From Hydrurus foetidus (Eukaryota), in contig UYFQ01000732.1 in assembly GCA_900617105.1 (NCBI GenBank), positions 1 through 64,000 of the forward strand: a stretch of 64,000 bases of DNA, given 5' to 3'. This document shows positions 47,142 to 57,148 of this stretch, piece after piece. The notes beneath the pieces were generated by a model that saw only the letters and a list, made by a program, of their open reading frames with translations, did not search any database and was not told where the DNA came from. A program made the position numbers and the translations under genes. How positions within the stretch are numbered: the first letter of the stretch is position 1; every line of letters begins with the position of its first letter.

Positions 47142-47207
47142 TAGTTTGATTACTTCACAACCAACTGAATAGACGGTAAATTTCGCTATCACTGTGAAGT
47201 AAAACTA
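47142..47207. promoter_or_regulatory. Inverted repeat in divergent promoter (probable LysR sites)
   Basis: TTACTTCACA (47150) and TGTGAAGTAA (47193), with outer TAGTTT/AAACTA. Confidence 0.5.
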
Positions 47208-47226
47208 ATCGAACAGGCCAAATTCC

Positions 47227-48129
47227 ATGGACCAACTCAAACGCATGGCCGTCTTTGCCGAGGTGGTGGCCGCTGGCAGCCTGAGCGGCGCTGCACGCCA
47301 CTTGGGCATGACGCCCTCGGCCGTGAGCCAGCACCTGCGCCAGCTGGAAGCCGCGCTGGGCCTGGCGCTGCTGCACCGCTCCACCCGCAAGCTCACGCTC
47401 ACCGAAGCCGGCGCCCGCTATGTGGAGGGCTGCACGGCCATGGTGGCTGCGGCGCGGTCGGCCGACCAGGCACTGGAACGCCACCGGGACGAGCCGGAGG
47501 GCGAGCTGCGCATCGCCGCGCCCATCGGCTTTGGCAGTTTGCTGGCTACGGCCCTGGCACCGCTGCGTGGCTTTCCCAAGCTGAGCTTGCGGCTGCTGAT
47601 GGACGATGCGCTGGTGGACGTGATTGCGGAGCGTGTGGACATTGCCGTGCGCGTAGGCGGCCTGCCGGACTCCAGCCTGGTAGCCCGCAAGCTGGGCACG
47701 CTGCGGGCCCAGCTGTGCGCCTCACCCGCCTACCTGGCGGCACGCGGGTGGCCGCAACACCCCGCGGACTTGGCCCGGCACGACTGGTTGGGTGGGCGCC
47801 CGCAGGCCGTGGGGCAGGAAATGCTGCAGCTTCATAGCGGCGACGGGCAGGTTGCCCGCGTGCAGGTGACATCCAGAGCGTCCGCCACACAGGTCACGGC
47901 GCTGCATTCTTTGTGTGTGGCGGGCTGGGGCATCAGCATCGTGCTGAGTGATGACGACCGCCGGGCCTTGGCCGACGGGCGCCTGGTGCCGGTGCTGCCG
48001 GACTGGAGCCCGCCCGACTACGAGGCCTACGCCATCACGGCACGCCGCGGCGAGCAGCCCGCCAAGGTGCGCCACGCCCTGGAGCTGCTGGCCCAGCACT
48101 TTGCGGCGCTGGAGCCCAGAGCTGCTTGA
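47227..48129 (+). CDS. LysR-family regulator
   Basis: FAEVVAAGSLSGAARHL...LHRSTRKLTLTEAG. Confidence 0.92.
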   Translation: MDQLKRMAVFAEVVAAGSLSGAARHLGMTPSAVSQHLRQLEAALGLALLHRSTRKLTLTEAGARYVEGCTAMVAAARSADQALERHRDEPEGELRIAAPIGFGSLLATALAPLRGFPKLSLRLLMDDALVDVIAERVDIAVRVGGLPDSSLVARKLGTLRAQLCASPAYLAARGWPQHPADLARHDWLGGRPQAVGQEMLQLHSGDGQVARVQVTSRASATQVTALHSLCVAGWGISIVLSDDDRRALADGRLVPVLPDWSPPDYEAYAITARRGEQPAKVRHALELLAQHFAALEPRAA

Positions 48130-48136
48130 GCAATAT

Positions 48137-48197
48137 CCGTTCGCGCTGAGCCTGTCGAAGCGCTGGGCATGCCTTCGACAGGGCTCAGGCCGAACGG
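48137..48197. repeat. REP-like long palindrome between convergent genes
   Basis: CCGTTCG-cg-CTGAGCC-TGTCGAAG...CTTCGACA-g-GGCTCAG-gc-CGAACGG. Confidence 0.7.
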
Positions 48198-48209
48198 GGA
48201 GTTGCTATC

Positions 48210-51122
48210 TCAGCCCTGTAGCAGCTGGCGCAGCACAAACGGCAGAATGCCGCCTGCGCGGTAGTAGTCCACCTCAATCGGCGTATCCACACGCAAGGTC
48301 AGCGTCACTTCTTGCGTGGTGCCGTCGGCGCGCGTGATGCGCAGCGTGGCATCGCTTTGCGGCGTCAGCTCGGCATCAGGGATCACGTCAATAACTTCAT
48401 CGCCCTTGAGGCCCAAGGTCTGCCAGGAGTCCGTGCCCTTGAACTGCAGCGGCAGCACCCCCATGCCCACCAAGTTGCTGCGGTGGATACGCTCGAAGCT
48501 CTTCGCCACCACGGCCTTGATGCCCAGCAGCTGCGTGCCCTTGGCGGCCCAGTCGCGGCTGGAGCCGGTGCCGTATTCCTCGCCCGCAAATACCACGGTG
48601 GGCACGCCGTCGGCCACGTACTGCATGGCGGCATCAAAGATGGCCATCTTGTTGCCAAGGTCTGGGCCGTCGTGCTGGTACAGCGTGACGCCGCCCTCCT
48701 CGCGCGAACCGGCCTCGTCCGGCGGAATCATCAGGTTCTTGATGCGCACATTGGCAAAGGTGCCGCGCATCATCACGTCATGGTTGCCGCGGCGTGCGCC
48801 GTAGCTGTTGAAGTCGGCCTTCTGCACGCCGTTGGCTATGAGCCACTGGCCGGCCGGGGAGCTTTCCTTGATCGAACCTGCGGGTGAGATGTGGTCGGTG
48901 GTGATGGAGTCGCCAAACAGCGCCATGATGCGCGCGCCCTTCACCGAGGAAGATTCAGTGTCATTTAGGCCGCTAGCCCCCGCAGAACCTGCGCGAGCAG
49001 CTATTGAATCCATAGCAAAGTCGGCAAAGAACGGCGGCTCGGCAATGTAGGTGCTGCTAGGCCAGGTGTAGGCCTGACCGGCCACGCCTTTGATTTTGTC
49101 CCACAGCAGGCCGGGCTCGGTCTTAACCTTGTCGTAGTTCTCGCGGAAGGCCTTGCCCTTCATGGCGAACTTCAGCAGCTTGTAGATTTCGTCGCTGGTC
49201 GGCCAGATGTCGCCCAGGTACACATCCCGTCCGCCCTTGCCTTTGCCCACCGGTTCGGTCATTAGGTCGCGGTTCACCGTGCCGGCAATCGCGTAGGCCA
49301 CCACCAGCGGCGGGCTGGCCAAAAAGTTGGCCTTCAGGTTGGGGTGAATGCGCGCCTCGAAGTTGCGGTTGCCCGAGAGCACGGCGGCGCAAATCAAGTC
49401 GTTGGTGGTGATGACTTCATTGAGTTCGGGCGTCAGGTCACCCGCGTTGCCAATGCAGGTGGTGCAGCCATAGCCCACCACGGCAAAGCCCAGCTTTTCC
49501 AGATACGGCAGCAGGCCGGTCTCGGTCAGGTATTCGGTGACGATGCGCGAGCCCGGTGCCAGCGAGGTCTTGATGTGTGGCTTGACCTTCAGCCCGGCCT
49601 CCACCGCCTTCTTGGCCAGCAGGCCGGCGGCCAGCAGCACGCTGGGGTTCGAGGTGTTGGTGCAACTGGTGATGGCGGCAATCAGCACATCGCCGTTGCC
49701 AATGGTCACGTCCGAGCCGCTGCCCGCAGCTACCGCTGTCGTGGCGGTGTTGGGCGCATGGTTGGCCGCCAATATGGGCTTGCTTTCCATCTCCGCCACC
49801 TGGCGCGGCGCACCCAGCGGTGTGGGGGGTGACTTGGGTACGTTGGTCGTCAGCGGCTCGTCCCAGGTGCGGGCCAAATACCGGGTGTGGAACACGGCAG
49901 CGCTCTGGTTAAAGCCATTTTCGGAATTGGGTTTGGAGAACAGCGATTCAAACTGGCTGGCCACCTTGCCCAGCTCAATGCGGTCTTGCGGGCGCTTGGG
50001 GCCAGCCAGGCTGGGCGTCACATTGCCCAGGTCCAGCTTCACCACCTGCGAATAATCAATGTCGCCCGACTTGGGCACGCCAAACAGACCTTGCGCCTTG
50101 AAGTAAGCCTCAAAGGCCTCCATCTCGGGCTTGGTGCGGCCGGTGCCGGCAAAGTATTCCATGGTCTTTTCGTCTACCGGGAAGAAGCCCATCGTCGCAC
50201 CGTATTCGGGCGCCATGTTGGCAATGGTGGCGCGGTCTGGCAGCGCCAGCGTGCGTGTGCCTTCGCCATAAAACTCGACAAACTTGCCGACCACTTTGTG
50301 GCCGCGCAGGATTTCGGTCACGGTCAGCACCAGGTCGGTGGCGGTAACACCCTCGCGCAGGCGTCCGGTCAACTCAAAGCCCACCACATCGGGCGTCAAG
50401 AAGTACACCGGCTGGCCCAGCATGGCCGCCTCGGCTTCAATGCCGCCGCAGCCCCAGGCCACCACACCAATGCCGTTGATCATGGTGGTGTGGCTGTCGG
50501 TGCCGACCAAGGTGTCGGGGTAGTAGATGTCGTTCTTCGTCTTGTGCACGCCGCGCGCCAGATACTCCAGGTTCACTTGGTGCACGATGCCAAAGCCGGG
50601 GGGCACGACGCGGAAGGTGTCAAACGCCTGCATGCCCCACTTCATGAACTCGTAGCGCTCGCGGTTGCGCTGGAACTCCAGCTTCATGTTCAGGTCCAGC
50701 GAATTCTTCTTGCCGTAGTGGTCCACCATGACCGAGTGGTCCACCACCAAGTCCACGGGCACCAGCGGCTCAATGCGTTTGGGGTCTTTGCCCAGCTTCA
50801 CTGCCACGCTGCGCATGGCGGCCAAGTCGGCCAAGAGGGGCACGCCCGTAAAGTCTTGCAGCACCACTCGGGAGACGACAAACGGAATTTCGTTGATGCG
50901 GTGACCGGTGGGGCTCCAGTTGGCCACTTCGGCCACGTGTTCGGCGGTCACCTTCTTGCCGTCGCAGTTGCGCAGCACGCTCTCCAGCACGATGCGCATG
51001 GACACCGGCAGGCGGCTCACATTGGGGAATTGCTTGGCGAGTGCCGGCAGCGAATAGAACTTGCCGGCTTTTCCGGACGCGGTTTTGAAGTTCTTCAGGG
51101 TGGATGCAAAAGCGTGGGGCAT
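48210..51122 (-). CDS. acnA: Aconitate hydratase A
   Basis: [68 protein letters not shown]. Confidence 0.95.
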   Translation of the reverse strand: MPHAFASTLKNFKTASGKAGKFYSLPALAKQFPNVSRLPVSMRIVLESVLRNCDGKKVTAEHVAEVANWSPTGHRINEIPFVVSRVVLQDFTGVPLLADLAAMRSVAVKLGKDPKRIEPLVPVDLVVDHSVMVDHYGKKNSLDLNMKLEFQRNRERYEFMKWGMQAFDTFRVVPPGFGIVHQVNLEYLARGVHKTKNDIYYPDTLVGTDSHTTMINGIGVVAWGCGGIEAEAAMLGQPVYFLTPDVVGFELTGRLREGVTATDLVLTVTEILRGHKVVGKFVEFYGEGTRTLALPDRATIANMAPEYGATMGFFPVDEKTMEYFAGTGRTKPEMEAFEAYFKAQGLFGVPKSGDIDYSQVVKLDLGNVTPSLAGPKRPQDRIELGKVASQFESLFSKPNSENGFNQSAAVFHTRYLARTWDEPLTTNVPKSPPTPLGAPRQVAEMESKPILAANHAPNTATTAVAAGSGSDVTIGNGDVLIAAITSCTNTSNPSVLLAAGLLAKKAVEAGLKVKPHIKTSLAPGSRIVTEYLTETGLLPYLEKLGFAVVGYGCTTCIGNAGDLTPELNEVITTNDLICAAVLSGNRNFEARIHPNLKANFLASPPLVVAYAIAGTVNRDLMTEPVGKGKGGRDVYLGDIWPTSDEIYKLLKFAMKGKAFRENYDKVKTEPGLLWDKIKGVAGQAYTWPSSTYIAEPPFFADFAMDSIAARAGSAGASGLNDTESSSVKGARIMALFGDSITTDHISPAGSIKESSPAGQWLIANGVQKADFNSYGARRGNHDVMMRGTFANVRIKNLMIPPDEAGSREEGGVTLYQHDGPDLGNKMAIFDAAMQYVADGVPTVVFAGEEYGTGSSRDWAAKGTQLLGIKAVVAKSFERIHRSNLVGMGVLPLQFKGTDSWQTLGLKGDEVIDVIPDAELTPQSDATLRITRADGTTQEVTLTLRVDTPIEVDYYRAGGILPFVLRQLLQG
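48962..49017 (+). repeat. 56-bp dispersed repeat, copy 6, inside the acnA coding sequence
   Basis: catttaggccgctagcccccgcagaacctgcgcgagcagctattgaatccatagca; 42/56 identical to copy 2, no gaps. Confidence 0.85.
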
Positions 51123-51322
51123 GGGGATTCCTCCGAAAGTGATGCAGGTTGTGCTGTATCCATTGTGGCGCGATTGCGCGACAGACGCCTGGCGCCTGCG
51201 CAAGCGCGTGAAGTCATGCCTTCAGCGTAGCAGCCCGCGTCTGCTTGTCGCCTGTGTTGTCGACAACCCGCCGCCGCCATGCGTAAATGCCGCAGCTACG
51301 CGATCCAACCCATGAGGCCTCC

Positions 51323-53539
51323 ATGAGCGAAACCACCCACTACCGTATTTGCCCTCTGTGCGAGGCCTGCTGCGGCCTGGAGATCAAGGTGCGCGACCAG
51401 AAGGTCATCAGCATCCGCGGGCACGAGGCCGACGTACTGAGTGCGGGCTATATCTGCCCCAAGGGCGTGGCTTTGAAAGACCTGCACGAAGACCCGGACC
51501 GCCTGCGCACGCCGCGCATCAAGCGCAACGGTGTGCACGTGGAAGCCACCTGGGAAGAGGCGTTTTCCGAAATAGAAAAACGCCTGCCGCCCATTCTGGC
51601 CGCCCACGGGCGCAACGCCACCGGCGTGGTGGTGGGCAACCCCTCGGCCCACAAGATGGGCCTGCTCATGTACTTTTCCAAGTTGTCGCGCGCGCTGGGC
51701 ACGAGGAATGTGTTTTCCGCCTCCACGCTGGACCAGATGCCCAAGCAACTGGCCAGCGGCCTGATGTACGGCCACTGGCTGTCCACCGCCCTGCCCGACA
51801 TCAGCCGCACCGACCTGATGCTGGTGATCGGCGCCAACCCGCTGGCCAGCAACGGCAGCATGTGGACGGTGCCCGACTTCAAAGGCAAGGCGAAGGCATT
51901 GCAAGCACGCGGCGGCCAGCTAATCGTGATCGACCCGCGCCGTACCGAAACTGCGGCCATGGCCGACGCGCACCACTTCATTCGCCCCGGCTCCGACGTG
52001 TTTTTGCTGGCGGCCCTGGTGCACACGCTGTTTGCCGAAAACCTGGTGACCCTGGGTCGCGTAGCCGATTGGGTGGTGGGCGTGGACGACGTGCGGGCGG
52101 CCGTGGCTGCGTTCTCTGCAGCCGCAGTGGCCACGCGTTGCGGCATAGCGGCCGACACCATCCGCGCGCTGGCGCGCCAACTGGCCACCACGCCGCGTGC
52201 GGCGGTGTACGGCCGCATTGGCACCTGCACGCAGGAATACGGCACGCTGGCCAGCTGGCTGGTGGACGTGCTCAATACCCTGACCGGCCATCTGGACACC
52301 GAGGGCGGCATGCTGTTTGCCAAGTCCGCCGCGTTTGCGTCCAACACCGCCGGAAAGCCCGGCGTGGGCAAGGGCGTGACCACCGGCCGCCACCACGCCC
52401 GCGTGAGCGGCGCGCCCGAGGTGTATGGCGAGCTGCCGCTGACCTGTATTGCCGAAGAGATTGAAACCCCGGGCGAAGGCCAGCTGCGCGCCCTCATCAC
52501 CGTGGCCACCAACCCCGTGCTCTCCAGCCCCAACGGGCCACGCCTGTCCAAGGCCCTGGAGTCGCTGGACTTTATGGTCAGCCTGGACATCTACCTGAAC
52601 GAAACCACGCGCCACGCCGATGTCATCCTGCCCGGCCCCTCGCCGCTGGAAGACGCGCACTACGACGTGGCTTTCCCGCAGCTGTCATGGCGCAACCATG
52701 CGCGCTACAGCCCGCCCGTGCTCACACCGCCCCCAGGGCAGCCCGAGGAGTGGCAAACCTTGCTGAAGCTGGCCGCCATCGTCCAGGGCAAAGGTGCCCA
52801 CGCCGATGCAAACGCGCTGGACGACGCCCAGTTTGCCGACGATGCCCAGCGCCTGTTTGGCGCCAACGCAGCTGCCGTCATCGCCGCCACCCAGGGCCTG
52901 CGTGGCCCGCAACGTACGCTGGAAGTGGCGCTGCGCACCGGACCCTATGGCGACCAGTTCGGCCAAAAGCCCGATGGATTGACCTTGCAAAAAGTGATGG
53001 ATGCCAACCCCGCCGGCGGCATCGACTTGGGCGAGCTGCAGCCCCGCATCCCCGAAATGTTGCGCACACCCAGCGGCAAAGTGGAGCTGGCGCCGCCCCT
53101 CTTGCTACAAGATTTGCAGCGCGCTGCGCAGGATCTACGCCGGCTAGCGCCCGATTTGGTCATCATCGGCCGGCGCGACGTGCGCACCAACAACAGCTGG
53201 ATGCACAACCTGCCCATCCTCGCCAAGGGGCCATTCCGCTGTACTGCACTGGTTCACCCGATTGATGCCGCGCGCCACGGCGTGACCGATGGCGCCCTGG
53301 CCACACTGCGCAATGGTGAACGCAGCGTGCAGGCCCAGGTACAGGTGAGCGTGGAGATGATGCCGGGCGTGGTCAGCCTGCCGCACGGCTGGGGCCACAA
53401 CCTGGCCGGAGCCCAACTCAGCGTAGCGGCGGAGCGCCCGGGTGCCAACCTCAACGCCCTGCTGGATGACCAGCTGCGCGATCCGCTGTCGGGCAACGCC
53501 GTACTGGGTGGCGTGGCAATTACGATGGAAGCGGCCTAG
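51323..53539 (+). CDS. Molybdopterin (bis-MGD) oxidoreductase, cytoplasmic, with N-terminal 4Fe-4S motif
   Basis: CPLCEACCG...CPKG, DRLRTP, GANP, IDPRRTETA, ETTRHADVILP; no Tat signal. Confidence 0.88.
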   Translation: MSETTHYRICPLCEACCGLEIKVRDQKVISIRGHEADVLSAGYICPKGVALKDLHEDPDRLRTPRIKRNGVHVEATWEEAFSEIEKRLPPILAAHGRNATGVVVGNPSAHKMGLLMYFSKLSRALGTRNVFSASTLDQMPKQLASGLMYGHWLSTALPDISRTDLMLVIGANPLASNGSMWTVPDFKGKAKALQARGGQLIVIDPRRTETAAMADAHHFIRPGSDVFLLAALVHTLFAENLVTLGRVADWVVGVDDVRAAVAAFSAAAVATRCGIAADTIRALARQLATTPRAAVYGRIGTCTQEYGTLASWLVDVLNTLTGHLDTEGGMLFAKSAAFASNTAGKPGVGKGVTTGRHHARVSGAPEVYGELPLTCIAEEIETPGEGQLRALITVATNPVLSSPNGPRLSKALESLDFMVSLDIYLNETTRHADVILPGPSPLEDAHYDVAFPQLSWRNHARYSPPVLTPPPGQPEEWQTLLKLAAIVQGKGAHADANALDDAQFADDAQRLFGANAAAVIAATQGLRGPQRTLEVALRTGPYGDQFGQKPDGLTLQKVMDANPAGGIDLGELQPRIPEMLRTPSGKVELAPPLLLQDLQRAAQDLRRLAPDLVIIGRRDVRTNNSWMHNLPILAKGPFRCTALVHPIDAARHGVTDGALATLRNGERSVQAQVQVSVEMMPGVVSLPHGWGHNLAGAQLSVAAERPGANLNALLDDQLRDPLSGNAVLGGVAITMEAA

Positions 53540-53545
53540 GGACGA

Positions 53546-54298
53546 TCAGATCAGGGACTGCGGCCGCTCGATCATGTGCTGGTAGACCATGCTCTGCAGC
53601 AGCATCTGGTCGTTGGGGTCCACGTCCATGAACTGCAGCCCAAAGTGGGCCAACGAGGTGCCGCTTTGTTTGAGTGTCTCGTCGTCAAACACGGTGCGCA
53701 CTTTGCCATTGATCGATAGCTCGGCTTCGATGTTGTGCAGCTTGAGCTTGAAGCCGAGTTGAATCGAATCCCCAGCTTCGGCCATGGTGCGCCGCCCGTC
53801 CAGCAGGGCGCCATTGGCGCTGAGGTTGGAGATCACAGCAGTGTGCTCAGCCACCTCACCGCGCTCGGTGCGTACCTTCACAATGATCTTGGTTTTGACG
53901 CGCACCGCCTTGCGGATCACGGTGCCCTGGATTTTCAAGGGGAAAGAAATATGCAGGTAGCCGTAGGGCAGCTTGCAGAACCGCTGCACGTCGCAGGCAA
54001 AACCAAAGGCGTTCTGGCCAGAGAAAACCCGCATGATCAGTTGGTCGCCCGGCATGAGTTGCAGTGGCGCGCTGGTCGCCGTCACGGGCGCCGTAATCAG
54101 CATGCTCTGCTCCTGCAAATAGCCGATCAAACGCACGGGGCTGCGCTCGGTAGACACATTAGTAGGCGGCTGCACTTGCAGGCGGTCACCCACCTTGAGG
54201 TTCATCGCATCGAACGGAAAACTCGCCTGGTTCTCATCGCGCGTGCCAGACGGTGTGTCCGCCCCCAAATCCTGTAGCTGCATAGGTAAGCTGTCCAT
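53546..54298 (-). CDS. YcgR-like flagellar brake / PilZ c-di-GMP receptor
   Basis: RKAVR (RxxxR) and NLSANG (D/NxSxxG). Confidence 0.8.
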   Translation of the reverse strand: MDSLPMQLQDLGADTPSGTRDENQASFPFDAMNLKVGDRLQVQPPTNVSTERSPVRLIGYLQEQSMLITAPVTATSAPLQLMPGDQLIMRVFSGQNAFGFACDVQRFCKLPYGYLHISFPLKIQGTVIRKAVRVKTKIIVKVRTERGEVAEHTAVISNLSANGALLDGRRTMAEAGDSIQLGFKLKLHNIEAELSINGKVRTVFDDETLKQSGTSLAHFGLQFMDVDPNDQMLLQSMVYQHMIERPQSLI

Positions 54299-54386
54299 CG
54301 GTCATGTTGGAAACCCATTCTATGGTGGCAAAAACAGCGCCAGAGGCATTGCCGTGGCGCCGACCCAGCATTTACTATCGATCCCC

Positions 54387-55091
54387 ATGAAAAAAGTAAT
54401 CCTCTCCATCCTGGCCCTGGTTCTACTGGCAATTCTGGGTGGCGCCTACTGGTTGCACAACAACCTGGACCATCTGGTCAAAAGCGCCATTGGCAGCTAC
54501 GGCAGTGAGATGACGGGCGCCAAGGTGAAGGTAGACCGTGTGGAGATCCAGCCCACCAATGGGCGGGGCACCCTCAGCGGACTGGTCATCGGCAACCCGG
54601 CGGGCTTCAAATCGCCCTATGCGCTGAAGGTGGGCACGGTGGAGCTGGAGGTCGAGCTGTCGTCGCTGACGCAGGACGTGGTGGTGATCAAAAAGATTGC
54701 CGTGATGTCGCCCGACGTGATCTACGAGAAGGGCGACACCATGACCAACTTTGATGCCATTCAGAAGAACATTGAAAAGTACCTGGGCCCCTCATCCAAG
54801 GACTCCAAGGGCAAGAAAATCATCGTGACCGAATTCATCATCCGCGGCGCCAAGGCGCATGCCACCGCGCCTTTTGTGGGCAACAAGACCATAGACGCCG
54901 AGCTGCCCGATCTGCATCTGCGCGACCTGGGCAAAGCCAAGGGTGGCCTCACGCCCGGTGAGCTGGGCCAGGAGATCACCAACGCGCTGGAGCAGCGGTT
55001 GATGGTCTCCCTCAGCTTTGACCGGTTGATGAAATCCATTGGCAGTGCCCTGGAGAAAACCGGCAACGCCATCAAGGGGCTGTTCAAGTAG
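54387..55091 (+). CDS. AsmA-like membrane-anchored hypothetical protein
   Basis: N-terminal TM; VKVDRVEI...GLVIGNPAGF beta-rich segment. Confidence 0.7.
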   Translation: MKKVILSILALVLLAILGGAYWLHNNLDHLVKSAIGSYGSEMTGAKVKVDRVEIQPTNGRGTLSGLVIGNPAGFKSPYALKVGTVELEVELSSLTQDVVVIKKIAVMSPDVIYEKGDTMTNFDAIQKNIEKYLGPSSKDSKGKKIIVTEFIIRGAKAHATAPFVGNKTIDAELPDLHLRDLGKAKGGLTPGELGQEITNALEQRLMVSLSFDRLMKSIGSALEKTGNAIKGLFK

Positions 55092-55107
55092 AGGCCATGG
55101 CCTGCAG

Positions 55108-55734
55108 TCACGGTGCAATGGGCACCTGCAGCCCGGCCAGGTAGGCGTCCAGCGTGGCCATGCCCACGGCCTCCAGGTCGAAGGCATCGGGCGACAGCAG
55201 CCAGTTGAACTTGAGCCCACCGATTAGCGCGAACAGGCCCAACGTGGCGCTGCGCAAGTCCATGTCGGTGCGAACCTGCCCCTTGTCCCGCGCCAGCTGC
55301 ATCAGGCGGTGCATGTCGTCAATGCACTCGTTGCGCCCGGCTATGTGGCGCTCGCGCATGCTTTGCAGCTCGTCCACATATTCCACCTTTTGCGTGGCAA
55401 TTTCAAACACACGGCGTACCTGGTCGTTGTGGGCAATCTGGTGAAAGGCCGACGCCGTGTTGCGGCGAATCTTGTCCAGTGGCAGCTCTTCGTCGGTCGG
55501 ACCCATTTCGGTCATACGCGCCATCATGGGCAGGGTCACCCGCTCCATCATGGCGTGGAACAGCTCGCCCTTGTTCTCGAAGTGCCAGTAGATGGCGCCT
55601 CGGGTAACGCCAGCCGCCTGGGCGATCTCTTGCAGCGTGGTGCGCGACACCCCGCGCTGGTGAAACACGCGCTCGGCGGCATCCAGAATCAGCTCGCGGG
55701 TGGCGAGCGCGTCTTCCTTGGTTTTGCGGGCCAT
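55108..55734 (-). CDS. acrR: TetR-family repressor (AcrR-like)
   Basis: MARKTKEDALATRELILDAA...GVTRGAIYWHF; divergent from the RND operon. Confidence 0.88.
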   Translation of the reverse strand: MARKTKEDALATRELILDAAERVFHQRGVSRTTLQEIAQAAGVTRGAIYWHFENKGELFHAMMERVTLPMMARMTEMGPTDEELPLDKIRRNTASAFHQIAHNDQVRRVFEIATQKVEYVDELQSMRERHIAGRNECIDDMHRLMQLARDKGQVRTDMDLRSATLGLFALIGGLKFNWLLSPDAFDLEAVGMATLDAYLAGLQVPIAP

Positions 55735-55763
55735 GGTTTAAAAAATGTTCACGAGAGTTTCAC

Positions 55764-55785
55764 ACATACATTCAAGCATGTATGT
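55764..55785. promoter_or_regulatory. AcrR-type operator
   Basis: ACATACAT-tcaagc-ATGTATGT, same arms as the E. coli AcrR operator. Confidence 0.8.
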
Positions 55786-55900
55786 ATACTAATTCAAATT
55801 GCTGCATTTGCAAAAACCGTTTGCCGGGTGTTTGCCCTAGGTCAGCAGTGTGGCAACCCCCTTCCGCTCTCCGATCCATTTTTGTAACAAAGGGATTCCT

Positions 55901-57130
55901 ATGTCTCCGTTCCGCCAGACCGTGGGTTTTGCACCCGCAACACTGTCTTTGGGCCGCTTTGCCCTGCTGTCGATTCCCATGGCTGTGGCGCTGGTCGCCT
56001 GCGGCGCCAAGGACGGCGCCCCCGGTGCCGGTGGGCCCGGCGGCGGCATGCCGCCCGCTGAAGTCGGTGTAGTCACTGTGGCGCCGCAGTCGGTGGCCCT
56101 GCAATCCGAATTGCCCGGCCGTGTGAGCGCCGCGCGTGTAGCGCAGGTGCGCGCCCGGGTGAACGGCGTGGTGCTACAACGCCTGTTCCGCGAAGGCAGC
56201 GAGGTCAAGGCCGGTCAGGTGCTGTACCAAATCGACGCTGCCCCCTACCGCGCGACCATGGAAAGCGCCCAGGCCAGCGTGGCCAAGGCCCAGGCCAATC
56301 TGTCCCAAGCCACCGCCCAGGTCGAACGCAACAAGCCGCTGGTGGAAGCCAACGCCATCAGCAAGCAGGAATACACCACGCTGGTGACCACACAGCGCCA
56401 GGCCGAAGCCGACCTCGGCACCGCCAAGGCCGCCGTGGAAACCGCCCGCATCAGCCTGGCCTATGCCACGATCACCGCGCCCATTTCCGGCCGCATTGGC
56501 CAATCGCTGGTGACCGAAGGCGCTCTGGTCAGCGCCACCGAAGCCACCCAGTTGGCCGTGATCCAACAGACTGCCACGGTGTTTGTGAACTTCACCCAAA
56601 GCACCACCGATGTGCTGCGCCTGCGCAAGGCCATTGCCAGCAAACAGCTGCGCGCCGCCGGCGATGGCTCGGTGCCCGTGCGCGTGGTGCTGGAGGACGG
56701 CAGCGAGCTGCCCAAGGCCGGCAAGCTGCTATTTAGCGACCTGACGGTGGACGCCACCAGCGGCCAGATCACGCTGCGCGCTGAAGTGCCCAACGCCGAC
56801 GGCCTGTTGTTGCCCGGCCAGTACGTGCGCGTGCGCCTGTCGCAGGCCGAGCTGCCTTCGGGCATCTTGCTGCCCCAGCAAGCCGTGACGCGCACCAACC
56901 AGGGCGACACCGTGCTGGTGGTGGGTGAAGGCGGCAAGCCTGGCCCCCGCCCTGTGAAGGTGGGCAATGCCCAGAACAACCAGTGGGTGATCCTGGACGG
57001 CCTGAAAGAAGGCGACCAGGTGATCGTGGATGGTTTCCAAAAAATGATGGTGCCCGGCGCCCCGGTCAAGGCCGTGCCGTGGACCGGCGGCGCACCCGCC
57101 CCCGCCGCTGCGGCTTCCGCAGCCAAGTAA
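55901..57130 (+). CDS. acrA: RND efflux membrane-fusion lipoprotein
   Basis: LVAC lipobox; ELPGRV, VRARVNG, APISGRIG. Confidence 0.88.
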   Translation: MSPFRQTVGFAPATLSLGRFALLSIPMAVALVACGAKDGAPGAGGPGGGMPPAEVGVVTVAPQSVALQSELPGRVSAARVAQVRARVNGVVLQRLFREGSEVKAGQVLYQIDAAPYRATMESAQASVAKAQANLSQATAQVERNKPLVEANAISKQEYTTLVTTQRQAEADLGTAKAAVETARISLAYATITAPISGRIGQSLVTEGALVSATEATQLAVIQQTATVFVNFTQSTTDVLRLRKAIASKQLRAAGDGSVPVRVVLEDGSELPKAGKLLFSDLTVDATSGQITLRAEVPNADGLLLPGQYVRVRLSQAELPSGILLPQQAVTRTNQGDTVLVVGEGGKPGPRPVKVGNAQNNQWVILDGLKEGDQVIVDGFQKMMVPGAPVKAVPWTGGAPAPAAAASAAK

Positions 57131-57148
57131 ACCGACGAGGCACCTTTC

